Shown here in pieces: positions 1-9,694 of a DNA stretch of 64,000 bases (the first letter of the stretch is position 1; each line of letters opens with the position of its first letter). The notes under the pieces were generated by a model that saw nothing but the letters and a program-made list of their open reading frames with translations, was not told where the DNA came from and did no database searches. The stretch lies in IMG/VR virus record IMGVR_UViG_3300033555_000001, positions 64,001 to 128,000 of that record; one strand, 5' to 3'. The DNA is from a virus. Lineage: Duplodnaviria; Caudoviricetes. A program made the translations under genes and the position numbers.

Positions 1-8
1 TTGCTAAC

Positions 9-494
9 ATGATGGTTGTAACTGGTTTACAGTTTGGCGAGCCAGTCAACAGTATTACTCAGCTCAGATTTGGCAAGCTCGTAGTGCTCAGTGATGAAGA
101 TTTAGACGGGTACCATGTTTCTTCTCTTGTGCTGTCATTTTGGGCAAAGTACTGGCCAGAGTTGTTTAAGCTTGGGGTTGTGTACCGCATGAATACACCG
201 CTCTACATTGTCACTACTGGAAAGGGCGAAGTGCATGAGTTCTTTACTGATGAGGATTTTGAAGCGTGGGCACTAACAGCGCCAAAGCACAAAGCTGACC
301 GGTTTAAGGGACTGGGTGGTTTTGATACTGATACGTTTGGCAGGTTTTTAGAAAACCGCGACAAATATCTGACCAGAATTACGGAACTAGAGGCTGCTGA
401 TATGGCAAAATTTGAACTAGCGTTTTCAAATACCAAAGCAGATGCTCGTAAAGAGTGGCTGGACGGCGTTAATTATTTTCAAGTCACAGAATGA
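9..494 (+). CDS. gp39: Type II topoisomerase large subunit, C-terminal TOPRIM part (5' partial)
   Basis: TOPRIM acidic motif LSDEDLDG, TPLY, RFKGLG; frame is open to the window start; immediately upstream of a gp52-like gene. Confidence 0.9.
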   Translation: MMVVTGLQFGEPVNSITQLRFGKLVVLSDEDLDGYHVSSLVLSFWAKYWPELFKLGVVYRMNTPLYIVTTGKGEVHEFFTDEDFEAWALTAPKHKADRFKGLGGFDTDTFGRFLENRDKYLTRITELEAADMAKFELAFSNTKADARKEWLDGVNYFQVTE

Positions 495-676
495 ACTTAG
501 AAGAATTACCAAGGGCAATCAAAATGAGTCATGAAGAATTAAAATTACTACTGGACCTGCTACGCACCTCTCAATTGGCACTTGACGAATTGTTGATGCA
601 AGGGAAACAAGAGTATGCACGAGATCTGGAGCACGGAATCAGAATTCTGAAAGATGAAATTAAAAATAGCTATTAG
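491..676 (+). CDS. Hypothetical protein
   Basis: ATGA overlap with the topoisomerase stop; 61 aa, helical. Confidence 0.65.
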   Translation: MNLEELPRAIKMSHEELKLLLDLLRTSQLALDELLMQGKQEYARDLEHGIRILKDEIKNSY

Positions 677-685
677 GGTTACTCC

Positions 686-1024
686 ATGAATCAACAAAAA
701 GAAACGCTGTACGAGATTTATCAGCGCTCGCCGCAAGAATCACTGGACGAACTTTTTGCTCGTGCAGCACAGAGATGTCCTCTCCATCGCGGCAATAAAA
801 CCGCATTTATTTCTCAAGCTATGTTTGGACTTAACAATAGAACAACGCGGTACGGCGGCTATAAGAATATTTCAAAAGCTTACTTAGCTGAACATCTCCA
901 CAGGATTGAATTTTGGGACGGTGCTCCATCCATATTTTGGCTTGATCTTGTTCACAATGAGCGGACTTATCGGCCTGTTTTACTCTCTGAGGCCGATAAG
1001 TATCTTGATTCAACTGTGATATAA
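686..1024 (+). CDS. Hypothetical protein
   Basis: Fills the gap between co-oriented genes. Confidence 0.7.
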   Translation: MNQQKETLYEIYQRSPQESLDELFARAAQRCPLHRGNKTAFISQAMFGLNNRTTRYGGYKNISKAYLAEHLHRIEFWDGAPSIFWLDLVHNERTYRPVLLSEADKYLDSTVI

Positions 1025-1031
1025 TACTGAC

Positions 1032-2378
1032 ATGACTAAACAAGACAACAAGATCAGCGCCTCAGAGTTCATTGACGAGAAACTTCGCCTGTACTCCGCG
1101 CACTCCAACGTCCGGGGCATTCCATTTATCGGCGATGGTTTTAAGCAATCACACCGCAAAGCGCTTGATGGTATGATGCGCCGCGGCGAAAATGCTGACA
1201 AAGATACAGTGGAACGTATTGCCGCTGCCACTGCCTCGGTAACTGATTATGCGCACGGTGTTGGATCACTTGAGGGCACGATTGTTGGCATGGCGCAGAA
1301 CTTTGCCGGCTCCAATAACCTGCCGCTCTTTGAAGCGCACGGCCAGTTTGGTAACCGGCTCAATAAGAAACCGTCGGCCTCACGGTACATTAAAACCAAG
1401 CTGAGCCCAATGTTCCGTCAGCTCTTCAGAAAAGAAGATGATCTGATTTTTGAGCGGATTAATTCAAACGGCCTGTGGGTAGAGCCAAAGTACTTTACGC
1501 CAATCTTGCCGCTGGTGCTCGTTAATGGCGCAGAGGGTATGGGTACTGGGCACTCGTGCTACATCATGTCCTACAATCCCAAAGACATCAAGTCCTCAAT
1601 TCTAAAACTGCTTGATGGTAAAAGTCTAAAACCTAACTCGTTGCTGCCGTGGTGGCGTGGTTTTAATGGTACAGTAGAGCGTGACAAGGTTACTGGTCAG
1701 ATCGTAATCGAGGGTAAGTACGCGGTGAAAGAGGGCCGCAATGTCATCATCACTGTAACTGAGCTGCCAATTGGTGTACAAAGCGACCAGTACAAAGCGC
1801 ACCTAGAAAAGCTAGAAGATCGCGGCATCATTACTGATTATGATAATTTAAGTGATAAAAACGGTTTTGAGTTCGTAATCAGAGTTCCTAGAAGCACCCT
1901 GGCTCTTCCACCAGACGAGATCAAAAAGCTCTTTAAGCTTATTTCTCGTGAGTCTGAGAACCTCACCGTGTGGAACAGTGATGGTGTTCTTACTCGTTAT
2001 GAGAACGTAGAAGATTTGCTCGGCGATTTTGTGGTGTGGCGTGTAGATCGATATGAAGATCGGCGAGTAGCGCTGATCAAGAAGATAAAAGCGGACATTG
2101 CCTGGGCTGGCTTAAAAATTCGCTTTATACTGTTTTATATTGCAAATTATAAATTCTTCCGAGATACCTCTAACAAAGAGCTGCAGGCTCGGCTTGTTGC
2201 TGAAGGATTCGAGCGGCACGACGAGTTGCTGGGCATGCCAATGCGTAACTTAACGCGTGACAAAATTGCAGAACTTGAAAAAGATGTTAAGGACTTAGAG
2301 GTAGCGCTCAAGGGCCTCATGGCTGATGACGCAATTTCAATGTTTAAACGAGAACTTGAGGAGCTAAAACTACCATGA
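1032..2378 (+). CDS. gp52: Type II topoisomerase medium subunit (GyrA/ParC-like)
   Basis: DGFKQSHRK, YAHG, HGQFG, active-site ASRYI, LVNGAEGMGTG. Confidence 0.95.
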   Translation: MTKQDNKISASEFIDEKLRLYSAHSNVRGIPFIGDGFKQSHRKALDGMMRRGENADKDTVERIAAATASVTDYAHGVGSLEGTIVGMAQNFAGSNNLPLFEAHGQFGNRLNKKPSASRYIKTKLSPMFRQLFRKEDDLIFERINSNGLWVEPKYFTPILPLVLVNGAEGMGTGHSCYIMSYNPKDIKSSILKLLDGKSLKPNSLLPWWRGFNGTVERDKVTGQIVIEGKYAVKEGRNVIITVTELPIGVQSDQYKAHLEKLEDRGIITDYDNLSDKNGFEFVIRVPRSTLALPPDEIKKLFKLISRESENLTVWNSDGVLTRYENVEDLLGDFVVWRVDRYEDRRVALIKKIKADIAWAGLKIRFILFYIANYKFFRDTSNKELQARLVAEGFERHDELLGMPMRNLTRDKIAELEKDVKDLEVALKGLMADDAISMFKRELEELKLP

Positions 2379-2605
2379 TTATTTCATCCCGTCAGGATCC
2401 AGCCGCAGCGCCAGCTGAAATTGTTATCAGCATTACAGAGGACTACACAGTAGATCCACCTGAGCTGCGAGTAATACGGGTTACGCCAAATCAAGATACA
2501 CTGCTCTTGATTAAACATCCCGCTGATAAAATCAGCATGTACGACCTTGTTAATATACTGCATAAGCTTGACGTCAGTATAGAGTACGAAGAGCTCCGCC
2601 CCTAA
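2375..2605 (+). CDS. Hypothetical protein
   Basis: ATGA overlap with gp52 stop. Confidence 0.65.
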   Translation: MIISSRQDPAAAPAEIVISITEDYTVDPPELRVIRVTPNQDTLLLIKHPADKISMYDLVNILHKLDVSIEYEELRP

Positions 2606-2617
2606 TTTAAAGCGCCC

Positions 2618-3430
2618 ATGAGCAACGAACCATATTCAGTACTTGGCATTCCATTTGGCGCAGACGTAGAGGCGGCCAAAGTTGCCTATCGCAAACTAGC
2701 AATGCTGCATCACCCTGACCGAGGTGGCGACGAGGTAATGTTCAAGCGAATAAAGGCAGCTTTTGAAGCAATTGAGGCAGGATGGACACCGCCAAAACAA
2801 TCCGCTCAGCAAGCTCCCCAGCAAGCACGTAAAAGAGCGGCACCCCGCGCGCCAGCGCTGCCAAAAACAACAAAGTACCGCAACACCGTGTACGTGGTGC
2901 TTGAGGTAACGCCGGAGCAAGAGGCCACGGGTTGCACAATACCATTTAACCACGATGGCAGAGTGCTGCAATTCTCAGTTCACCCGGCCATGATTCCGCG
3001 CGACACACTGCAGTACTTTAGGGTGCATAATTTTCGTGAAGATTTGGTAATTGGCATTGAGAATAATGATTTGCTAATCAGTGTTACTCTTAAATTTACA
3101 GTACCACCAACTCATACTTTTAAAGAGGCGTCAGCACTTGACGAAGATCCGCCGTCTGATATGAAGTGCAAGCTTCCAGTCTGCGCGCTTGGGCTGTTTA
3201 CCGGCGGAAAGCTAACAACCCTTGATCACATGAATGAGGAAGTTCAAATTTCCCTGCCGGCAGGATATAATCCAGCTGAGCCTATTGTAGTCAAGGGTCG
3301 CGGTTATGGCGGCCCGCGCGGGCGCGGCGATTTATACGTGCAGATTGAACCAGTTTTCTCGGTGCCAAGTGCACTGAGCGCCAATGATTTAAAACAACTA
3401 CAGCGGCTAAATGAGATGGTAAACACATGA
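2618..3430 (+). CDS. dnaJ: DnaJ-family co-chaperone 1 (J domain + C-terminal domain, no Zn finger)
   Basis: [15 protein letters not shown]; C-terminal [13 protein letters not shown]. Confidence 0.9.
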   Translation: MSNEPYSVLGIPFGADVEAAKVAYRKLAMLHHPDRGGDEVMFKRIKAAFEAIEAGWTPPKQSAQQAPQQARKRAAPRAPALPKTTKYRNTVYVVLEVTPEQEATGCTIPFNHDGRVLQFSVHPAMIPRDTLQYFRVHNFREDLVIGIENNDLLISVTLKFTVPPTHTFKEASALDEDPPSDMKCKLPVCALGLFTGGKLTTLDHMNEEVQISLPAGYNPAEPIVVKGRGYGGPRGRGDLYVQIEPVFSVPSALSANDLKQLQRLNEMVNT

Positions 3431-4251
3431 CACAAGATTACTACCGAGTGCTGGGCGTAGAGCGCGGTGCCTCTGAAGAAGCAATTAAAGCAGCGTACCG
3501 TAAGCTGGCAATGGAGCATCACCCTGACCGTGAGGGCGGTGACGAGGCCAAGTTCAAGGAAATAAAAGAGGCGTACGAAGTGCTTAGCGATCCAAGAAAG
3601 CGCGCTAATTACGAGCAGCCAGAATCTAGAGGCTGGGGCGGCACAGGATCATCGATTGACGAACTCGTCAGACGCATGCACGAGCAAATGCGAGCTCAGC
3701 ATCAGCGCGCACAGGAAAACTCAATTCCATTTATTCACATAAAATTAAATTTGGAGCGTGCCTTTAACGGCGCAACGGTTAATTTGCAACTGCATGGTTC
3801 AACTATCCCCTATGCAGTCAGACCCGGAATACCACCGGGCGCCACGTACACGGACTCTGTTAAAATTGGTGATAAAGAGCGCCAAATTCAGGTGCAAATA
3901 ACTATTGACACTGGCGCATTTGACTTTAGGGCAGTTGGATCATCAGACGGGCATTTTTTCTGCGGAGATTTAGAGACCACGGTTAGTGTTGATGCTCTTG
4001 ATATTCTGGCTGGCGGCTGGATTGACGTCACCGATTTCTGTGGTAAAAAGCTAGCAGTCAGAGTTCCTAGTGGTTTTGATTTGCAGCACCGCCTAAAAGT
4101 TGCGGGGCACGGGTACTCGAATTGGAGAGGCGAAAATGCTGCTGAACGCGCAGATTTATACTTGAGAGTACTTCCAGTGTTTAAACCTTTAAAGGCGCTT
4201 GATCTTGCCAAGGTAACAGAACTGCAGCGCCTTGTTAAGGAGGCTCAATGA
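3427..4251 (+). CDS. dnaJ: DnaJ-family co-chaperone 2
   Basis: [35 protein letters not shown]; [13 protein letters not shown]. Confidence 0.92.
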   Translation: MTQDYYRVLGVERGASEEAIKAAYRKLAMEHHPDREGGDEAKFKEIKEAYEVLSDPRKRANYEQPESRGWGGTGSSIDELVRRMHEQMRAQHQRAQENSIPFIHIKLNLERAFNGATVNLQLHGSTIPYAVRPGIPPGATYTDSVKIGDKERQIQVQITIDTGAFDFRAVGSSDGHFFCGDLETTVSVDALDILAGGWIDVTDFCGKKLAVRVPSGFDLQHRLKVAGHGYSNWRGENAAERADLYLRVLPVFKPLKALDLAKVTELQRLVKEAQ

Positions 4252-4805
4252 AGCTGTACCGCGTAATTTCGGGCGGGCAGACTGGGGCAGATCAGGCTGG
4301 GTTGTTTGCAGCCACTAAATTTAAAGTGCGAACTGGTGGGACTGCTCCAGATAATTGGAATACATCTCGCGGCAGCAATCCACTGCTGGCTGCGTTTGGA
4401 CTGCAGGCCTATGGAAATTTAAACGAACGAACAGAAATAAATATTCGCGATTCTGATGGCACGGTAATTTTTACAGAGCAGTTTGATTCCCCAGGTTCAG
4501 TGATCACTCGATCATTTTGCCTGAAACACAAAAAGCCATTTCTTGATATCGATCTGTCTTGTCATGTTGCCAAAGAATTAAGTGGCGAGCTAACAGCGGT
4601 TGGTGGTGGATTATCAGGCTGCGAAGTAGCGCAGAAAATAGCCGCCTTTTTGCGAGAACATAACATTGGTATTCTTAACGTTGCTGGTAACCGAGAGCGC
4701 CATAAAAATAATCTGACATTCAGACACTCGGCACTGCTCCTGTCTGAAACCTTTTTGTTGCTGGCCCTTGAAAAAGAGCTTGTTCAGGATACCGAACGTT
4801 TTTAA
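4248..4805 (+). CDS. cpYpsA (SLOG superfamily, 'putative molybdenum carrier') protein
   Basis: [34 protein letters not shown]. Confidence 0.85.
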   Translation: MKLYRVISGGQTGADQAGLFAATKFKVRTGGTAPDNWNTSRGSNPLLAAFGLQAYGNLNERTEINIRDSDGTVIFTEQFDSPGSVITRSFCLKHKKPFLDIDLSCHVAKELSGELTAVGGGLSGCEVAQKIAAFLREHNIGILNVAGNRERHKNNLTFRHSALLLSETFLLLALEKELVQDTERF

Positions 4806-4822
4806 TTAGACTAAAATAGTAT

Positions 4823-5350
4823 ATGAAAACACTCTTAGATAAAAGTAAATTCTTGTCCTTTTTGCTCAGGCATAAACCGCAGGTTGCAAAGCTCACTCTT
4901 GACCGTGAGGGCTGGTGCGCAATGTCTACAATTTCGCAGAATACTGACATCACGTTAGATGACTTACTTGAAATTACGCGGTCAGATGATAAAAAACGGT
5001 ATACTATTAAGGGCGATAAAATCCGCGCTAATCAAGGGCACAGTACGCCTCTAGTAGAACTTACTTTTGAAAAACGAGATCCTCCTGCAGTACTCTACCA
5101 CGGCACCACTCTTTCTTCCTGGAACGTTATTAAAACTGACGGCTTGAAGTCAATGAGCAGGCATATGGTGCATCTTACTGACGACCAAGAAATTGCAACT
5201 TCTGTTTCTGGGCGGCGCCGTGGAGGCCGTGTTATTGTTATTGTTGACGCAGCCGCCGCATCTGCAGCCGGATTAGAGTTCTTTGTTTCTGATAATGAGG
5301 TGTGGCTCGTAAAAGAAGTGCCGCCTCAATACATCAAAGGTGAAATTTAA
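4823..5350 (+). CDS. kptA: RNA 2'-phosphotransferase Tpt1/KptA
   Basis: SKFLSFLLRH, DDKKRY, IRANQGHS, LYHGT, SRHMVHL, DNEVWL. Confidence 0.95.
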   Translation: MKTLLDKSKFLSFLLRHKPQVAKLTLDREGWCAMSTISQNTDITLDDLLEITRSDDKKRYTIKGDKIRANQGHSTPLVELTFEKRDPPAVLYHGTTLSSWNVIKTDGLKSMSRHMVHLTDDQEIATSVSGRRRGGRVIVIVDAAAASAAGLEFFVSDNEVWLVKEVPPQYIKGEI

Positions 5351-6348
5351 TGGACCAGGCACTTGAGTATCTAATACCCGCGGTGGTGGTTTTTATAGTA
5401 ATGGGATCTTTGTTGTGGATAGACATTAAACTAATGTTTACTGCGTACAAAGAAACAGGTTGGGAAACTGATTTACAGGAACTGTACGGTAAAATCCTGG
5501 CCAATGGTGAGCTGCGGGCAGATCGCACTGGAACTGGTACTATTGCACTGTTTGGCGAGCGATTAGTAATTGATTTGCGACACGGCTTTCCGGCAGTGAC
5601 AACGAAAAAATTAGCGTTTAAGTCAATGGTGGCAGAGCTCCTGTGGTTTATTGAGGGCTCGGGAGATGAGCGCCGGCTGGCTGAAATTCAGTTTGGAACC
5701 AGAGATGAGGCCAAGCGAACAATTTGGTCCGACAACGCCAATGCCGAGTACTGGAAGTCGCGCGCAAAATTTAAGGGTGATCTTGGCCGGATATACGGCG
5801 TGCAGTGGAGACACTGGGCAACATACACCAGTTATGACACACTGTATCACCCACCGCTTTTTGTTGTTGGCGAGATTGATCAGCTTAAAGAATTGATCAA
5901 TAAACTAAAAACAAATCCTACTGATCGGCGCCTGATTTTGTCCGCTTGGAATGCTGGCGAGCTTGACAGCATGGCGCTGCCGCCCTGCCATATGTTTGCA
6001 CAATTTTACCTGAGCAATGATAACGAACTGTCATGCCAAATGTATCAGAGATCAGCGGACGTTGCACTCGGGATCCCTTTTAATATTGCCTCTTACGCGC
6101 TCTTAACACACATGATTGCCCATGTTATAGCAGCAGACGTTGGAACCCTTACCATGGTGTTGGGTGATGCGCATCTTTATTTGGATCATATTGAAGGAGT
6201 AAAGAAACAGCTTTCTAAAAAACTTTATGCGCCACCAATTTTAAATATTATTCGAAAAGTGGGTAATATTGACGATTTTAAAATGAGTGATTTTGAATTA
6301 TTGAACTATCAACATCATGCAGCAGTTGCTCTAAAAATGTCAATATAA
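5350..6348 (+). CDS. thyA: Thymidylate synthase with hydrophobic N-terminal extension
   Basis: DRTGTGT, RRLILSAWN, ALPPCH, YQRSADVALGIPFNIASY, GDAHLY; uninterrupted. Confidence 0.97.
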   Translation: MDQALEYLIPAVVVFIVMGSLLWIDIKLMFTAYKETGWETDLQELYGKILANGELRADRTGTGTIALFGERLVIDLRHGFPAVTTKKLAFKSMVAELLWFIEGSGDERRLAEIQFGTRDEAKRTIWSDNANAEYWKSRAKFKGDLGRIYGVQWRHWATYTSYDTLYHPPLFVVGEIDQLKELINKLKTNPTDRRLILSAWNAGELDSMALPPCHMFAQFYLSNDNELSCQMYQRSADVALGIPFNIASYALLTHMIAHVIAADVGTLTMVLGDAHLYLDHIEGVKKQLSKKLYAPPILNIIRKVGNIDDFKMSDFELLNYQHHAAVALKMSI

Positions 6349-6357
6349 GCAGACTAT

Positions 6358-7176
6358 ATGGAATCAGGAATCTATGCTATCCGAAATACAATAAACGGAA
6401 AACTGTATATTGGTAGTGCTAAGAATTTTCATAAACGAAAACTAGAGCATTTTAGACGGTTGAGAAAAAAAGAACATTTTAACATTAGATTGCAGAGAAG
6501 CGTTAACAAGCACGGAATAGGCAACTTTGAATTTATCATTCTGGAGCGCGCTGAATACAGCATGTTAATAAAAGACTTAGAAGACAGTTGGATTAATAAA
6601 CTAAACTCTAAAGCAAGTGGGTATAATATTGCTGACGCTACTTTTGGCGATATTTTATCGAGTCATCCAAATAAAGAAAATATTAAAAGGAAAATTTCGG
6701 CTGGACTCTTAAAATTATCAGCGTCAATGACTCCGGAACAAAGAAAAATAAAATATGGAAAATCTGGAGAATTAAACCCTATGTACGGACGCGCCATGCC
6801 GGATTACGTTAAAAGCGCGGCGGCTGAAGGAATTAAAAAATTTGTAGTCCAACACGGGCATGGCCCGACAAAAGGAATTAAGAAAACAACTGTTCATAGA
6901 GAAAAACTGTCAATTATAGCAAAAGCTAGGGTGGGTGAGTTAAATCCATTTTACGGCAGAAGGCATTCTGAAGAAGCTATTCAAAAAATGTCTGAAAGAG
7001 CAACCGGAAGAAGGTGTTCTACTTTAAGACCTGTAGTCGTCTATGGTATAATTTATGAGAGATTAATAGACGCAGAAAAGGCAACTGGAATTAAAGTTTG
7101 TACGCTGCATCATCGTGCGAAATCAAAAAATCCTAAATTCAACTATATCTATCATTTAGACAATCCAAAATCATGA
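6358..7176 (+). mobile_element. Free-standing GIY-YIG homing endonuclease (I-TevI/I-BmoI-like) with NUMOD3 repeats
   Basis: SGIYAIRNTINGKLYIGSA, GYNI, GELNPMYG and GELNPFYGRRHSEE repeats; AT-rich. Confidence 0.92.
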
Positions 7177-7670
7177 GTAAAATTTTCTATCGCTATATTC
7201 GCCCGGCAGTTTTTAATATTACTCGGGCTGAGCTTGAAACAAATCCTCGGGGCGGCATTTGCCTCAGATTTGAAAAGGGTGAAGGCGATTTGTTGTACTT
7301 TTCTCACTCACGCTGTGATGATTCTGAATTATTTTCAAAAGCGGTGGCTAAAAATATTGCAGACCGCCGTGCTATTGAAACTGCTGAGGATGAAAATAGG
7401 CCAACGGTGCAGGCTTCAAAGGACACGCGCGTACTTGTAGAACAAGTTATTGAGGCGTGTCAGCATTGTTGGGAGGTCTCGTCTCAGGCAACAGCTGTTT
7501 ATCGAAAGCTAGAGTCAAGAGAACTGGCAGCTGCGCTGGAAAAAATGATGCTAAAGAATTATGATGTTAAAGCTCGAGCACATATTTGGCGCGCGGGTAT
7601 TGCGGCCACAGGCACAGCAGCGTTCTATTCTAATTGTCAGAACAAAGGTTCTTATCTGTATGAGAGCTAA
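7173..7670 (+). CDS. Hypothetical protein
   Basis: ATGA overlap with the endonuclease stop. Confidence 0.7.
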   Translation: MSKIFYRYIRPAVFNITRAELETNPRGGICLRFEKGEGDLLYFSHSRCDDSELFSKAVAKNIADRRAIETAEDENRPTVQASKDTRVLVEQVIEACQHCWEVSSQATAVYRKLESRELAAALEKMMLKNYDVKARAHIWRAGIAATGTAAFYSNCQNKGSYLYES

Positions 7671-8169
7671 AACTTATACTGGAGACATTTTATCTGTAGA
7701 GTCAGGTGTTATTCTCCAGCAAGTAAATGCGCAGTGCGTGATGGGCTCCGGGGTTGCTAAGGCAATCAAAGCAAAATACCCAAGTGTTTTTGAAGAGTAT
7801 GTTGCTGACCTTGCACCATTACCTGCGCGGCAGCGGCTTGGCCGGCTAGTAATGGTGCAAGTAAATTCTGATTTACACGTTGGTAACTTAGTAGGACAAG
7901 AGTTCTATGGCCGCCAGGTGGTGGCTTATACCGCAGGCGGTCTAGGTACAACTAAGTACACATCGTACGATGCACTTGATAGCGCTCTACTTAAATTTAG
8001 ACGGTGGGCTCTAGGCCCCATCGGTATAAACGAGGCGGTGCACTACCCTCTTTTGGGAGCTGGCCTGGGTGGTGGGCACTGGCCAGTAATCAGAGAAATC
8101 CTAAATTGCAGACTAGACGGGCTTGAGCACCACCTGTGGTTGATGCCAGGGGTTGTAGAACCAGTGTAG
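7660..8169 (+). CDS. Macro domain protein (Poa1/TARG1/DarG-like ADP-ribose hydrolase)
   Basis: GDIL-QQVNAQCVMGSGVAKAIK, YPLLGAGLGGGHW; start moved to ATG 7660. Confidence 0.88.
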   Translation: MRAKTYTGDILSVESGVILQQVNAQCVMGSGVAKAIKAKYPSVFEEYVADLAPLPARQRLGRLVMVQVNSDLHVGNLVGQEFYGRQVVAYTAGGLGTTKYTSYDALDSALLKFRRWALGPIGINEAVHYPLLGAGLGGGHWPVIREILNCRLDGLEHHLWLMPGVVEPV

Positions 8170-8185
8170 CCCAGGTTCAGGTGGC

Positions 8186-8191
8186 TAAATA
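8186..8191 (+). promoter_or_regulatory. T4-like late promoter box TAAATA
   Basis: Intergenic gcTAAATAg, 25 nt before the next start. Confidence 0.75.
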
Positions 8192-8215
8192 GCGCTCTAT
8201 ACAACAATTCTACGT

Positions 8216-8977
8216 ATGCTTACATTCCGTCAATTCCTGCAAGAAACAACAATTGCTAGTTCTAGACTTGGTGCAAAATCCAATAAGGCTACAATGCGCA
8301 GAGTGCTGTCTAGAACTTTTTCAGCAGTGTTCTCAGAGATGGAACCGTATTTTGCGGATGCCACTCCACGCACGTTCAAGCGCGTGTACAATTCTTTTTT
8401 GGCCGAATTTCCGGGTGAGTGCGAAAAGATTGATTCGTACAAAAGCGATGGCGTTGGCCCGGGCGAGTTAATTGCTTATTTTATTTTTAACAATATCACT
8501 ATTGGCGGCGGATCTTCACCAATTGATTTGTTCTTAGACGGCGAGCCATTTGCTGAGGTAAAAGCCGGCGATGGCAGCGGCGACCGAGTTCAAGATTTTA
8601 AGCTTGATACCGAGCACTCTAAATCCTCTAAAATTCTGCTCAAGAACCTTGGGGACTTTAATGATGAGTACCGCCGGTTGACGGGCGAGGATCTGCCTAA
8701 TTGGAATGGGGCCGGAGATGCCGCCACTACTGCACTCCGACAGTGGCGAGGTGTTGATCTGGCAGCACTTGGTTCAGAGGATGATGATCTAAACACAATT
8801 GATGACATTGAGGACAACTGGGTCGCTGCAATTTTGGATGCCTACGTTCGAGATAAATACTTTATGCTTGTGAATCGAAAGACTCTACGAGTAAATTACT
8901 TTGGGCAGCTTGGTGTCGAGATGGTCGACTTGCTGCGCACCACCCGCGGTCAGCCAAAAGCCGCAGTTTCTCCATAG
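8216..8977 (+). CDS. Late protein with capsid-targeting-like leader and PD-(D/E)XK nuclease-like motif
   Basis: N-terminus MLTFRQFLQE; GVGPGE...PIDLFLDGEPFAEVK. Confidence 0.6.
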   Translation: MLTFRQFLQETTIASSRLGAKSNKATMRRVLSRTFSAVFSEMEPYFADATPRTFKRVYNSFLAEFPGECEKIDSYKSDGVGPGELIAYFIFNNITIGGGSSPIDLFLDGEPFAEVKAGDGSGDRVQDFKLDTEHSKSSKILLKNLGDFNDEYRRLTGEDLPNWNGAGDAATTALRQWRGVDLAALGSEDDDLNTIDDIEDNWVAAILDAYVRDKYFMLVNRKTLRVNYFGQLGVEMVDLLRTTRGQPKAAVSP

Positions 8978-8983
8978 GATAGT

Positions 8984-9160
8984 ATGGGCACTCATGTTGA
9001 TACCCGTGACACGCGTAAAAAAGTACGTGAACACGACGAGCTTGCACGTCGCAAGCGCGCGACCTTTAAGCAGTACCTCAGAAATATTGAGGAAGACTTG
9101 CTTGAAGATGATTTAGGGGAAATACAGGAAGAAGATCAGGACGCTGACGGCGAAGAATAA
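8984..9160 (+). CDS. Small acidic-tailed protein (58 aa, not in the ORF track)
   Basis: MGTHVDTRDTRKKVREHDELARRKRATFKQYLRNIEEDLL...; AGGA upstream; fills the gap. Confidence 0.7.
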   Translation: MGTHVDTRDTRKKVREHDELARRKRATFKQYLRNIEEDLLEDDLGEIQEEDQDADGEE

Positions 9161-9181
9161 TGTTTCACCGTGTGTGAAGGC

Positions 9182-9187
9182 TAAATA
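9182..9187 (+). promoter_or_regulatory. Late promoter box TAAATA
   Basis: Intergenic gcTAAATAg followed by GAGG RBS. Confidence 0.75.
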
Positions 9188-9211
9188 GCCCGACACTGAG
9201 GATTTAACATT

Positions 9212-9694
9212 ATGCTGATTGTACCACTCTCTGGTGATAAAGTTTCTACTGGTGGCGAAGAAAGAACTGTTCTTTCGTATTCGCCATTTAGGGGTGCGCC
9301 TTCTGTTCTTGTTGAGATGCCAGCCGGAAAACCTGCTAACGTCCCATTTACTGAAATAACGGCAATTAACGGCACTCCAGTAACTATTACCCCAGGTAAA
9401 GTTTTTAATGCTTCGAGCAAAGTAAATCGGCGCATGCACTTACCACAGCCTGACGATACCATTATGGTAGACGATCAGCGATTAAAAGTTTCCACAGTTA
9501 AAATACACGAGCGCGGCTCTCTCACTACCGGTCTCTTGCTTGTATGCGAAGATACTGAAACAAAAGAGCGGTTAACTGTTAGACTCTCAGATATTGAGCG
9601 ATTAGAGAGGGCTAACGGCTCTCAAGAAAATTTAAAAAATATAATGCGAACTGTCTATCAAGAATACCTAGGATCATCGGGCAGCGCCAAATGA
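9212..9694 (+). CDS. Hypothetical late protein
   Basis: Downstream of TAAATA and GAGG. Confidence 0.75.
   Translation: MLIVPLSGDKVSTGGEERTVLSYSPFRGAPSVLVEMPAGKPANVPFTEITAINGTPVTITPGKVFNASSKVNRRMHLPQPDDTIMVDDQRLKVSTVKIHERGSLTTGLLLVCEDTETKERLTVRLSDIERLERANGSQENLKNIMRTVYQEYLGSSGSAK

Noticed and set aside
9-494. T4 gene 60-type ribosomal bypass
   Set aside because: DEDLDG continues in frame into YHVSS; no stop or gap
6040-6110. Group I intron at the td site
   Set aside because: YQRSADVALGIPFNIASY is contiguous; the endonuclease lies after the stop codon
7561-7659. ORF-track upstream starts (also 25857, 31348, 45945, 49906)
   Set aside because: Deep overlaps with neighbouring genes or promoters; downstream starts fit the RBS, domain boundary or promoter better
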